Both the position numbers and the translations under genes were made by a program. Source: an uncultured virus (IMG/VR IMGVR_UViG_2786546710_000002) (Duplodnaviria; Heunggongvirae; Uroviricota; Caudoviricetes). From it: a stretch of 20,000 nucleotides of DNA. The notes under the pieces were generated by a model that saw only the letters and a program-made list of their open reading frames with translations, searched no databases and was not told the origin of the DNA. Positions 1 through 6,853 of the stretch are shown here, in pieces. The DNA lies in IMG/VR virus record IMGVR_UViG_2786546710_000002, one strand, 5' to 3'. The first letter of the stretch is position 1; every line of letters starts with the position of its first letter.

Positions 1-408
1 TGAAGTGCCACCCACTTTGTTTTGAAATCTTTTTCCGTGTTGAGGATGTGACCAATAATAATGATAACCACGTGTAGTTTTAACAGCGATAGGAGAAACT
101 AGTCTATTTTTTTTTGCATAAGCAACTGCTTCATCATTGTCACAATCTAAAACTATAACACCACTAATAGACCCAGTGACAAGTGCAAGATTAAATACTT
201 CTGCTTTACCACCACCTGATGTAGGTGCTCCTTCAGTAAACCATTTGTCTACTTCTTCTTGTGTAACTTTACGTGTTTGAAATTCTTTCCACTCACATAA
301 AGGTTTTTTACTTTTGATTGATAAGGGTATTACATTCCACCCTCTTTCTACTGCTCTTACTGCTTCATCATAAACACGTGTTTTAAACTCTTCTTTTTTT
401 GTTGCCAT
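1..408 (-). CDS. Bifunctional DNA primase/polymerase (Prim-Pol/AEP) N-terminal domain, runs off the window edge; missing from the ORF track
   Basis: Manual translation from ATG at 408: MATKKEEFKTRVYDEAVRAVERGWNVIPLSIKSKKPLCEWKEFQ...NLALVTGSISGVIVLDCDNDEA...VKTTRGYHYYW. It shows the GW.VIPL..K.P, N.A..TG..SG..V.D.D and T.RG.H.Y motifs typical of Prim-Pol. The frame is open to position 1. Confidence 0.9.
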   Translation of the reverse strand, partial: MATKKEEFKTRVYDEAVRAVERGWNVIPLSIKSKKPLCEWKEFQTRKVTQEEVDKWFTEGAPTSGGGKAEVFNLALVTGSISGVIVLDCDNDEAVAYAKKNRLVSPIAVKTTRGYHYYWSHPQHGKRFQNKVGGTS

Positions 409-601
409 CTTTAAGGTCACTTTCAAAGTAATCGTCAATTTTAATGTTAGGTTTTTTAGTTTTAATTTTTTCAAAATGCCAAGTAGTCATATAACCAGTA
501 CTCATCATTCTGTATGGGGCGGTTCTGGTTTTATCTAGAAGCTTTGATACCTCTTTGACACCACCACAATCTTGTATAAATTTTTTTGCGTTAAACTTCA
601 T
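383..601 (-). CDS. Small Cro/HTH-like DNA-binding protein
   Basis: 72 aa with FIQDCGGVKEVSKLL..TRTAPY, a GG...A..L pattern seen in Cro-like proteins. It is the first gene of the leftward unit. The ATG at 601 is preferred over 613 because GGAG lies 6 nt upstream. Confidence 0.6.
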   Translation of the reverse strand: MKFNAKKFIQDCGGVKEVSKLLDKTRTAPYRMMSTGYMTTWHFEKIKTKKPNIKIDDYFESDLKDGNKKRRV

Positions 602-613
602 AGCNTTCTCCAT

Positions 614-765
614 TTCCAGAATTACAATTACACATATGNNAAATAAATACTAGTTTGTATTATGNATGCGACAAAACTTTATCGTATATGAGACATAATT
701 ATCTTGTATTATATTTGTTACTAATGTAATTTAGTATCACCATTAACAACAAAAGGACGGTTACT
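614..765. promoter_or_regulatory. Divergent AT-rich control region
   Basis: Non-coding gap between divergent genes. It contains short inverted repeats (AATAC-N6-GTATT ~646-661; TACTAA-N6-TTAGTA ~719-736), TTGTATTAT twice, and an AAGGA RBS before 766. Confidence 0.55.
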
Positions 766-1167
766 ATGACTGATTGGGATAAATTTGAAGCNGATACTGC
801 AAATGCTCCTATGTCGCAAATCATAGATGAACTCAAAGATCAACGAAGAGTTCTTAGTGATGCAACAAAAAGAGTTGAGCAGTTAGAAGCTAAAATTATT
901 TCTGAATTCCCAGAGGAATTTGGAGATCAAACNAAAGTTTATGGTGATGATGTTGTCACTATAAATAGGCAAGAGAGATNTAATTGGGATCAAGATAAAC
1001 TTGATGACATATTTAAAANTNAACCTTTGCCAGATCACGTTAAGCGTAGGCTAACGGTAGACAAAAGAACCTTCCAAAAACTAACAGAAACAGATCAAGT
1101 AGTTCTTGCTCCCGCTTTAACTAGGAAGCCGGGACCNGTATCTGTTAAATTAACAAGGAGTAAATAA
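766..1167 (+). CDS. Phage hypothetical protein with N-terminal coiled coil, first gene of the recombination operon
   Basis: 133-aa ORF with RBS; its stop overlaps the start of the ATPase (TAATG). Confidence 0.75.
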   Translation: MTDWDKFEXDTANAPMSQIIDELKDQRRVLSDATKRVEQLEAKIISEFPEEFGDQXKVYGDDVVTINRQERXNWDQDKLDDIFKXXPLPDHVKRRLTVDKRTFQKLTETDQVVLAPALTRKPGXVSVKLTRSK

Positions 1168-1973
1168 TGTTCAAACCTATGAACACATCAGACGATGACA
1201 CTGCAAAAAGAAAAGTACTTCTGTATGGTCATCACGGGTGGGGTAAAACCACTCAACTAAAATACTTCCAAGAAGAATATGGTAAAGGTTTTATTTTTTC
1301 TGGCGAAAGTGGATTAAGTTCTATTCGACAAGCAAAGATAGATTACCTACCATTCTCATCTTGGTCAGACCCTTCAGTTCCAGAGAAAGGTGTTTATTCA
1401 TTTAGAGATATTTTTAAATGGACTAAATCAGAAGACTTTAAATCGAAAGGTTATAAGTGGATTGGAATTGATAGTCTTACAGAACTTTCTGATTTATCTT
1501 ATGCACACGCAGANAAAGAACAGAAAGACTTAGCTGAGAAGTTAGGAAAGAAAAATGCAGACGGCTTTGCCGTTTGGGGTAATCACGCATCACAACTTAT
1601 AGGAGCTTGTAAAGCAATACGTGATATGAATATGCACGTNATAGTTACTGCTCTTGCAAAAGAAAGTACAGATGACAATGGTNGTGTAGACTANTGGTGT
1701 ATGGTTCAAGGTAAAGCAACTATGCAACAACTGCCGGGTATATTTGATTGTGTGTTTTGTGGTGTAAGAGTTTCAANCGAAGTTGACGGAAAGCAACAAG
1801 TACATCGTTATACAATTACTGATGAGGTACGTGGGTGGCACGGAAAAGTTCGTGATGAAAANAGNCGACTAAAGCCAGTAGAAAAAACTGGTAATATCGT
1901 TGAGTTACTTAAACGACTTGATATGAATGATCAAGAATACAAACAATCTATTAAAAAAGAAGGAGGTCAATAA
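1167..1973 (+). CDS. Sak4-like/AAA_24 P-loop ATPase (ssDNA annealing/recombination)
   Basis: Walker A LLYGHHGWGKT, Walker B WIGIDSLTE, and the SGESGLSSI and LPGIFD motifs. It is followed directly by an SSB, the usual Sak4 context. Confidence 0.85.
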   Translation: MFKPMNTSDDDTAKRKVLLYGHHGWGKTTQLKYFQEEYGKGFIFSGESGLSSIRQAKIDYLPFSSWSDPSVPEKGVYSFRDIFKWTKSEDFKSKGYKWIGIDSLTELSDLSYAHAXKEQKDLAEKLGKKNADGFAVWGNHASQLIGACKAIRDMNMHXIVTALAKESTDDNGXVDXWCMVQGKATMQQLPGIFDCVFCGVRVSXEVDGKQQVHRYTITDEVRGWHGKVRDEXXRLKPVEKTGNIVELLKRLDMNDQEYKQSIKKEGGQ

Positions 1974-2482
1974 TGGCTTTTAATTTTAGAGAACTTAATT
2001 TGTCAGGTGTTGAGGTGTCGGGAGCGGCTCCTATCTTACAACCCGGACGTTACGTCTGTGAGGTAACAGATGCTTTTCTTAAACCAACTAGGAATGGGGG
2101 AAGCTCAATAGAAATTAGCCTTAACGATACGAAGGGAGGTGGTAGTGTACGAAGTTGGGTAAATGTCCACGTACCAGTTTCAGAACAAGCTACTCGTATT
2201 GGTAGGGAGCAACTGAAAGCTTTATTAATATATGGCGGTCATTCAAATCCGGAAAGACCGGGAGATATATCTTCACTAAAAGGGTTGAAGGTAGGTGTTT
2301 CAGTTGGTCAGGATAAATACACANTAGACGGAGTTGAAAAAGTTGGTTCAAAAGTAAAAGGATTTTTTGATCCTTCTGAAATTGATCCTGCTATTACCAA
2401 AAGACAAGCTCCCTCTGAGGTAGACAACTCTGAACAAAAAGTGGATGATGCAATAGGCTCAGACGAAGAAATACCGTTTTAG
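1973..2482 (+). CDS. Phage single-stranded DNA-binding protein (DUF669-like)
   Basis: LQPGRYVCEVTDA..K.T..G N-terminal motif and an acidic C-terminal tail ending SDEEIPF. Coupled to the Sak4-like gene. Confidence 0.8.
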   Translation: MAFNFRELNLSGVEVSGAAPILQPGRYVCEVTDAFLKPTRNGGSSIEISLNDTKGGGSVRSWVNVHVPVSEQATRIGREQLKALLIYGGHSNPERPGDISSLKGLKVGVSVGQDKYTXDGVEKVGSKVKGFFDPSEIDPAITKRQAPSEVDNSEQKVDDAIGSDEEIPF

Positions 2483-2490
2483 TCATAACT

Positions 2491-2538
2491 GAGTGTAGGC
2501 GGAAAACAAAAAAAATTTCCTTCCCTTCCGCCTACCTC
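2491..2538 (+). promoter_or_regulatory. Intergenic GC-rich stem-loop
   Basis: GTAGGCGGAA (2495-2504) pairs perfectly with TTCCGCCTAC (2526-2535), extendable by GAG/CTC across a 1-nt bulge. The loop is 21 nt and there is no U-tract. Confidence 0.6.
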
Positions 2539-2555
2539 AANNAAAGGATTGCATT

Positions 2556-3356
2556 ATGAAATTAGCGGAGCTTATAAATAAAGCATATGAANAGCNNAGA
2601 GATGAAAAGCCTAGAGAATATATAGGTGCAAGTATTNTCGGTAATGATTGCGAAGCTCTTATTGCTTTTTCTTTACGTGGATTTCCTAATGATCCAATCC
2701 CTTACAGATTGCAAAGAATATTTAGAGATGGTCATCGTATAGAAAATGATGTTGTCTTTGATATTAAAAAAGCTAAAGTTAGAGTTATGGAAGTAGACCC
2801 ATTTACTNGTAAACAATGGNCATTCCAAGGCTTTGGTGGTCACGCAGTTGGACACGCAGATGGAATGATTGAAGATGCCAATGGTNANTCTATGCTTTTA
2901 GAAATTAAAAGTATGAATGACAAGAAGTGGACTGAGTTTCAAAAGAAAGGTGTGAAGTTTAGTCATAGAAATTACTTCTCTCAAGTTCAATTTATGCTTG
3001 GTCTTGGCAAAATGGAANANTGTGTTTTNATTGCATATAANAAAAACAACTCTGAATACTGCTCTGAANTAATTGAGTATGATGAGTTTTACTATAACNA
3101 TTTATGTGNCAAAGTTGACAGAATACTAAGTGGTCAGGCACGTAAGATAGCAACAGACCCTACAGATTGGAGATGTAGAGGTTGTTTTAAGAGGTCAGTA
3201 TGTTGGGACGAAAAAGAAATAGAGGTAAAGACACTAAANACTTGCAAGAACTATCATCCGAAAGCGGATGGGAAGTGGATTTGCGAGAACGGTTGTCTGA
3301 CGGAGTGCCTCAAATGGGAGAGATATCAACCTCTTCCAAAGACTATATCTACTTAG
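2556..3356 (+). CDS. Cas4-like/PD-(D/E)XK exonuclease with probable Fe-S cluster
   Basis: YIGAS..G..C, F..GH..E, GHADG, LLEIKS and Y..QVQ..L nuclease motifs, plus CRGCFKRSVC and an additional Cys-rich C-terminus. Confidence 0.85.
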   Translation: MKLAELINKAYEXXRDEKPREYIGASIXGNDCEALIAFSLRGFPNDPIPYRLQRIFRDGHRIENDVVFDIKKAKVRVMEVDPFTXKQWXFQGFGGHAVGHADGMIEDANGXSMLLEIKSMNDKKWTEFQKKGVKFSHRNYFSQVQFMLGLGKMEXCVXIAYXKNNSEYCSEXIEYDEFYYNXLCXKVDRILSGQARKIATDPTDWRCRGCFKRSVCWDEKEIEVKTLXTCKNYHPKADGKWICENGCLTECLKWERYQPLPKTIST

Positions 3357-3745
3357 CATCTCCTTATTCACTAAATAATACATCTAGTGAACAAGAGAAA
3401 GAATGTAGATATAGACAAGTGGCTAGGTGTGCTTATAAATTNTTATTACAAGGTATAAGTATTTATAGTCCGATAGTTCATTACCATTCAATTCAAAAAG
3501 TTTGTGGTAATTTAATGAANCCAACTAAGTTTTGGTTAGAGTTAGACTTTGGTTTGTTAAAACATTCTCAAGGTATGTTTGTTCTTATGATAGATGGTTG
3601 GTCAAAAAGTATAGGGGTAAGAAGAGAAATAGAATATTGTAGAAAAATAGAACTNCCAGTAACTTTTATACATCCAGATGCTTACATTNTNAACGGCGAG
3701 ANATCAACTATAGACNTAGACGGAAAGAAAAATGAGAAACATTGA
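3314..3745 (+). CDS. DUF1937-like / nucleoside 2-deoxyribosyltransferase-fold protein
   Basis: YIYLASPYS, YSPIVHYH and GWSKSIGVRREIE motifs. The ATG at 3314 with GGAG at 3302-3305 is preferred over the track start at 3200. Confidence 0.75.
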   Translation: MGEISTSSKDYIYLASPYSLNNTSSEQEKECRYRQVARCAYKXLLQGISIYSPIVHYHSIQKVCGNLMXPTKFWLELDFGLLKHSQGMFVLMIDGWSKSIGVRREIEYCRKIEXPVTFIHPDAYIXNGEXSTIDXDGKKNEKH

Positions 3746-3929
3746 TGTAGATATTGTTAAAAAAGAACACGAAATAGAAAGTGTTAANGATAGNATACGT
3801 GATCTCGAATGGAAAATAGATAAAGGAGAAGACGTGGAAATAGATGCACGTACAAAAGCTTTAGATAAAATACGTCACCTTAAAAAAGAATTAACTGAAC
3901 TTAAAATAAAAAAATTATGCCAAAGATAA
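3732..3929 (+). CDS. Small coiled-coil hypothetical protein
   Basis: 65-aa charged helical ORF overlapping both neighbours in operon fashion. Confidence 0.65.
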   Translation: MRNIDVDIVKKEHEIESVXDXIRDLEWKIDKGEDVEIDARTKALDKIRHLKKELTELKIKKLCQR

Positions 3930-4453
3930 TTGGAATATGCGGAAGTATAGGTTCCGGCAAAACACTTGTTGCAGATTATTTATGTGCNCAACATAACTTT
4001 TATAAAATTAANATGGCTTCTCCTATTAAAGATATGTTAAGTGCAGTTGGTTTAACAGACAACGAATTAGAAGGAGCCAAAAAAGAAATAGAAATAGATT
4101 TGTTATGTGGTCGTTCTCCTAGATATGCTATGCAAACATTAGGTACTGAATGGGGTAGACACATAATAGGTAAAGATATCTGGGTTAATTTATGGAGAAA
4201 CAAAGCTTACAATCATATTGATATGAATTTAAATGTAGTTGCTGATGACGTTAGATTTCATAATGAAGTAGAAATTATAAAAGAAATGGGTGGTAAAATA
4301 ATCAAGTTAAGTAGAAGTTCATCTACAAAATCTCCACATAAATCAGAAGAATTAAAGTTTGATGTTGATATNAATATTGATAACAATGATAGTGTCTACG
4401 GCTTATATTCAAAAGTGGATAGTATTATTCAAGATTATGATNTAATATTATAA
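3917..4453 (+). CDS. Deoxynucleoside monophosphate kinase (T4 gp1-like family)
   Basis: IIGICGSIGSGKT P-loop, A.PIK, SPRYAMQTLGTEWGR, DDVRFHNE and H.SE motifs. Confidence 0.9.
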   Translation: MPKIIGICGSIGSGKTLVADYLCXQHNFYKIXMASPIKDMLSAVGLTDNELEGAKKEIEIDLLCGRSPRYAMQTLGTEWGRHIIGKDIWVNLWRNKAYNHIDMNLNVVADDVRFHNEVEIIKEMGGKIIKLSRSSSTKSPHKSEELKFDVDXNIDNNDSVYGLYSKVDSIIQDYDXIL

Positions 4454-4469
4454 TAAACAAGGAGTTAAT

Positions 4470-4907
4470 ATGCTTTCACTACTAGGGTCATTACTTGGAT
4501 TTGGAACTTCTTTCCTTCCAAAGTTACTTGGTTTCTTTGAAGAGAAGAGAGATCAAGCTCACGAACTCAAGTTAATGGACAAACAATTAGAGCAACAAAT
4601 AAAACTTGGAGAACAAAAGCTACAATTTATGAATGTTGAAGCTGACATTCGTGAAACAGAAGCTTTACAAAAAAGCCAAACAAAGATGACAGTCAAGTCA
4701 TCACAATGGGTTATCAATTTATCTTCTAGTGTTAGACCTATAATGACATACCTTTTGTTTTTAGAATTTATGATACTTACATTTATGTTAGCATTTAATT
4801 CTATAGACTTAGAAATGTATAATAGAATTTGGTCTAACGAAATACAAGCAGTATGGGCGGCAGTTGTTTCATTCTGGTTTGGTCAAAGAAGTTTTAATAG
4901 AAAATGA
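4470..4907 (+). CDS. Putative holin (3TM holin-like)
   Basis: Hydrophobic N-terminus, SVRP..TY motif, two further TM segments and a C-terminal FWFGQR. It has an AAGGAG RBS and an ATGA overlap with the lysozyme. Confidence 0.7.
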   Translation: MLSLLGSLLGFGTSFLPKLLGFFEEKRDQAHELKLMDKQLEQQIKLGEQKLQFMNVEADIRETEALQKSQTKMTVKSSQWVINLSSSVRPIMTYLLFLEFMILTFMLAFNSIDLEMYNRIWSNEIQAVWAAVVSFWFGQRSFNRK

Positions 4908-5356
4908 CAATCAACGAAGAAGGTTTAAGTATTATAAAACACTTCGAGGGTTTNTCCNCTTCCGTATACCTATGTCCGGCTANTCGTTGGACAATAGGTT
5001 ACGGGTCTACGTGGGATAAATACAGAAAACCAGTTACTAAAACTCACAAAGANATTACAGAAAAAGAAGCAGAAGGTCTTTTNNTACAAGAGTTAGACCA
5101 CTGCTATNTTGCGATAAGNAAATTAGTAAATGCAGAACTAACAGAAAATATGTATTCATCTTTGTGTTCATTTATATTNAATGTTGGTAGTGGAAACTTT
5201 CAAAGGTCTACATTAAGAATGAAATTAAATCGTGGTGATTACCACGGGGCATCTAATGAGCTACCAAAATGGCGAAAAGCAGGNGGTAAAATACTAAAAG
5301 GGTTGGTCAAAAGAAGGACGATAGAAAAGGAGTTATTTGATAGAGACATANTATGA
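4904..5356 (+). CDS. Phage lysozyme/endolysin (GH24)
   Basis: IKHFEG....YLCPA..WTIGYGST catalytic region, SF..NVG.G.F..STL and GKILKGLVKRR..E motifs. Confidence 0.93.
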   Translation: MTINEEGLSIIKHFEGXSXSVYLCPAXRWTIGYGSTWDKYRKPVTKTHKXITEKEAEGLXXQELDHCYXAIXKLVNAELTENMYSSLCSFIXNVGSGNFQRSTLRMKLNRGDYHGASNELPKWRKAXGKILKGLVKRRTIEKELFDRDIX

Positions 5357-5613
5357 CCCTTGATTACCTACCCATTGTAAAAATTGAATGGTTAGATGCA
5401 ATGTCCGATGANAATACTTGGCAGAAGTTAGAAGATTTAGAAAGACANACATTNAGAAGTGTTCATTCTGTAGGTTGGCTTCTAAAAGAAAATCCNAAAA
5501 CATATATTTTAATTTCATCATTTGATGGAGAAAGTCAATGTGGTGGTGGAGGGACGACTATACCTAAAAATTGTGTNAAAAATATAANATACTTAAAAAA
5601 ANCTAAGAGATAA
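5353..5613 (+). CDS. Phage hypothetical protein
   Basis: 86-aa ORF with an ATGA overlap; VKIEWLDA...SVGWL...IP pattern seen in small phage proteins. Confidence 0.7.
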   Translation: MTLDYLPIVKIEWLDAMSDXNTWQKLEDLERXTXRSVHSVGWLLKENXKTYILISSFDGESQCGGGGTTIPKNCXKNIXYLKKXKR

Positions 5614-5616
5614 CCT

Positions 5617-6036
5617 ATGAATTATGGAAATGATCAANCACAAAATTTAGCAAGTTTAATTGCACAATACCTTNATATCAATATGCAAGGAGGNGGCAAT
5701 CCTACATATGCCGCTCCTGATANTATGGGTGTAAGAGAAAAAGGTATGGATATATCTGGNAATGTTCAAGCTAANATACCTATGGATNAACTTATTAATG
5801 ATGCAATATTAAAATTAAGAGCTTCAGGTTTTGGGTATAGTGGGGGAGTGAAGTTTCCGGAAGCAATGCAANAGATGGGTGCTCCAGACAAAATAGAATA
5901 TTCNGGTAAAGGNATAGACAATATAGGCATTGGTTTTCAGAAAGCTTTAAAGAATGGTATGTTTAGCNTAGATGGTGATTACAATCCNCAAACAAATAGT
6001 AAATCTATAAACGCAAAATTCAAATTAAATTTTTAA
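5617..6036 (+). CDS. Hypothetical beta-strand-rich protein ending in Phe
   Basis: 139-aa Gly-rich ORF with alternating-pattern strands and a C-terminus INAKFKLNF. Confidence 0.65.
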   Translation: MNYGNDQXQNLASLIAQYLXINMQGXGNPTYAAPDXMGVREKGMDISXNVQAXIPMDXLINDAILKLRASGFGYSGGVKFPEAMQXMGAPDKIEYXGKXIDNIGIGFQKALKNGMFSXDGDYNXQTNSKSINAKFKLNF

Positions 6037-6168
6037 ATGGTGAAGAANGCNAAGTTTGGNGTAANCACTTATGTTGANAAGTCTAGAAAAAANATTGGAA
6101 GNCACAAAAAAAATATGCGTAAAGACGAAAAAAAAAATTATAAAAAATATCGTGGTCAAGGCAGATGA
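6037..6168 (+). CDS. Small very basic protein ending YRGQGR; missing from the ORF track
   Basis: Manual translation: MVKXAKFGVXTYVXKSRKXIGXHKKNMRKDEKKNYKKYRGQGR* (43 aa). The ATG follows the previous stop immediately. Confidence 0.75.
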   Translation: MVKXXKFXVXTYVXKSRKXIGXHKKNMRKDEKKNYKKYRGQGR

Positions 6169-6226
6169 ATATAAAAAGGAACACATNAAACAACAGAAAG
6201 ACCCAAGACATAANCAATGGTAGGAG

Positions 6227-6415
6227 ATGANACAAAAAGATACTAAATGGATATTAGGTTTATTAGGTTCAGTACTATTAGGATTGTCGACTTGGGTATT
6301 AGTNGAAGTAGTAGAATTAAGATCAACGGTGTCTATGATGAACCAAGAACTTCTNAATATAGATAAACAATTTGGTAGGGTTTATAATTTTATAGATAGG
6401 TTTTTATCTAAATGA
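6227..6415 (+). CDS. Small single-TM plus coiled-coil protein
   Basis: AGGAG RBS; WILGLLGSVLLGLSTWVL TM segment followed by an amphipathic helix. Confidence 0.65.
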   Translation: MXQKDTKWILGLLGSVLLGLSTWVLXEVVELRSTVSMMNQELXNIDKQFGRVYNFIDRFLSK

Positions 6416-6853
6416 CATATAAACTATAAANANTAANNCTGATCCACCAANTATAGTNCCAGATATTATCCAAAANANTTGTAAGTTNTCNTCATANTGA
6501 ANTCTNTTNCTATGAGCAACNCTNTTTGCTTCTTCTTTAGCNTCGTGTATTCTGTCTGCTCTTTCTTTTAATATACCCGCCCAAGTTCCGTGACCAAATC
6601 TTAGGTCTATTAACTGACCCATTTCNTTNAATNTTTCTCTAGCAAGTTTTGCATTTATAGTTTCTTCTGCNACAGANNGAACAGAAAACATACTTCTTTT
6701 ATTTCTTTTCTTATTGATTTGGCTTTCGCCTTCAAACATATCGTCTATGTGTTGAGCTAATTTAGTTACATCATTAGCNTTAGTAACTAGTTTTTTAATT
6801 TGGTCTGCGGCTTTATTAACTAAAGCAATGCCAGATATTATTTCTGCAAACAC
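6404..6853 (-). CDS. Phage hypothetical protein with C-terminal TM helix
   Basis: 149 aa; the GTG start overlaps the TAG of the giant ORF and GAGG lies upstream. Coiled coil followed by a hydrophobic C-terminus. Confidence 0.7.
   Translation of the reverse strand: MFAEIISGIALVNKAADQIKKLVTXANDVTKLAQHIDDMFEGESQINKKRNKRSMFSVXSXAEETINAKLAREXXXEMGQLIDLRFGHGTWAGILKERADRIHXAKEEAXXVAHXXRXXYXXNLQXFWIISXTIXGGSXLXFIVYMSFR

Noticed and set aside
960..2580. TATAAATA at 960-967 and 2573-2580 as late promoters
   Set aside because: Both lie inside coding sequence in AT-rich DNA and are not positioned before a gene start.
3200..3313. N-terminal extension of the DUF1937-like ORF
   Set aside because: It overlaps the nuclease by over 150 nt; the ATG at 3314 has an RBS and lies just before the family motif.
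2556..3356. CRISPR-Cas system suggested by the Cas4-like gene
   Set aside because: No repeat-spacer array or other cas genes are visible; solo Cas4-like nucleases are common in phage recombination operons.
2673..5521. Minus-strand ORFs 2673-2855, 4000-4203 and 5333-5521
   Set aside because: They are antisense to well-supported genes and show no motifs.
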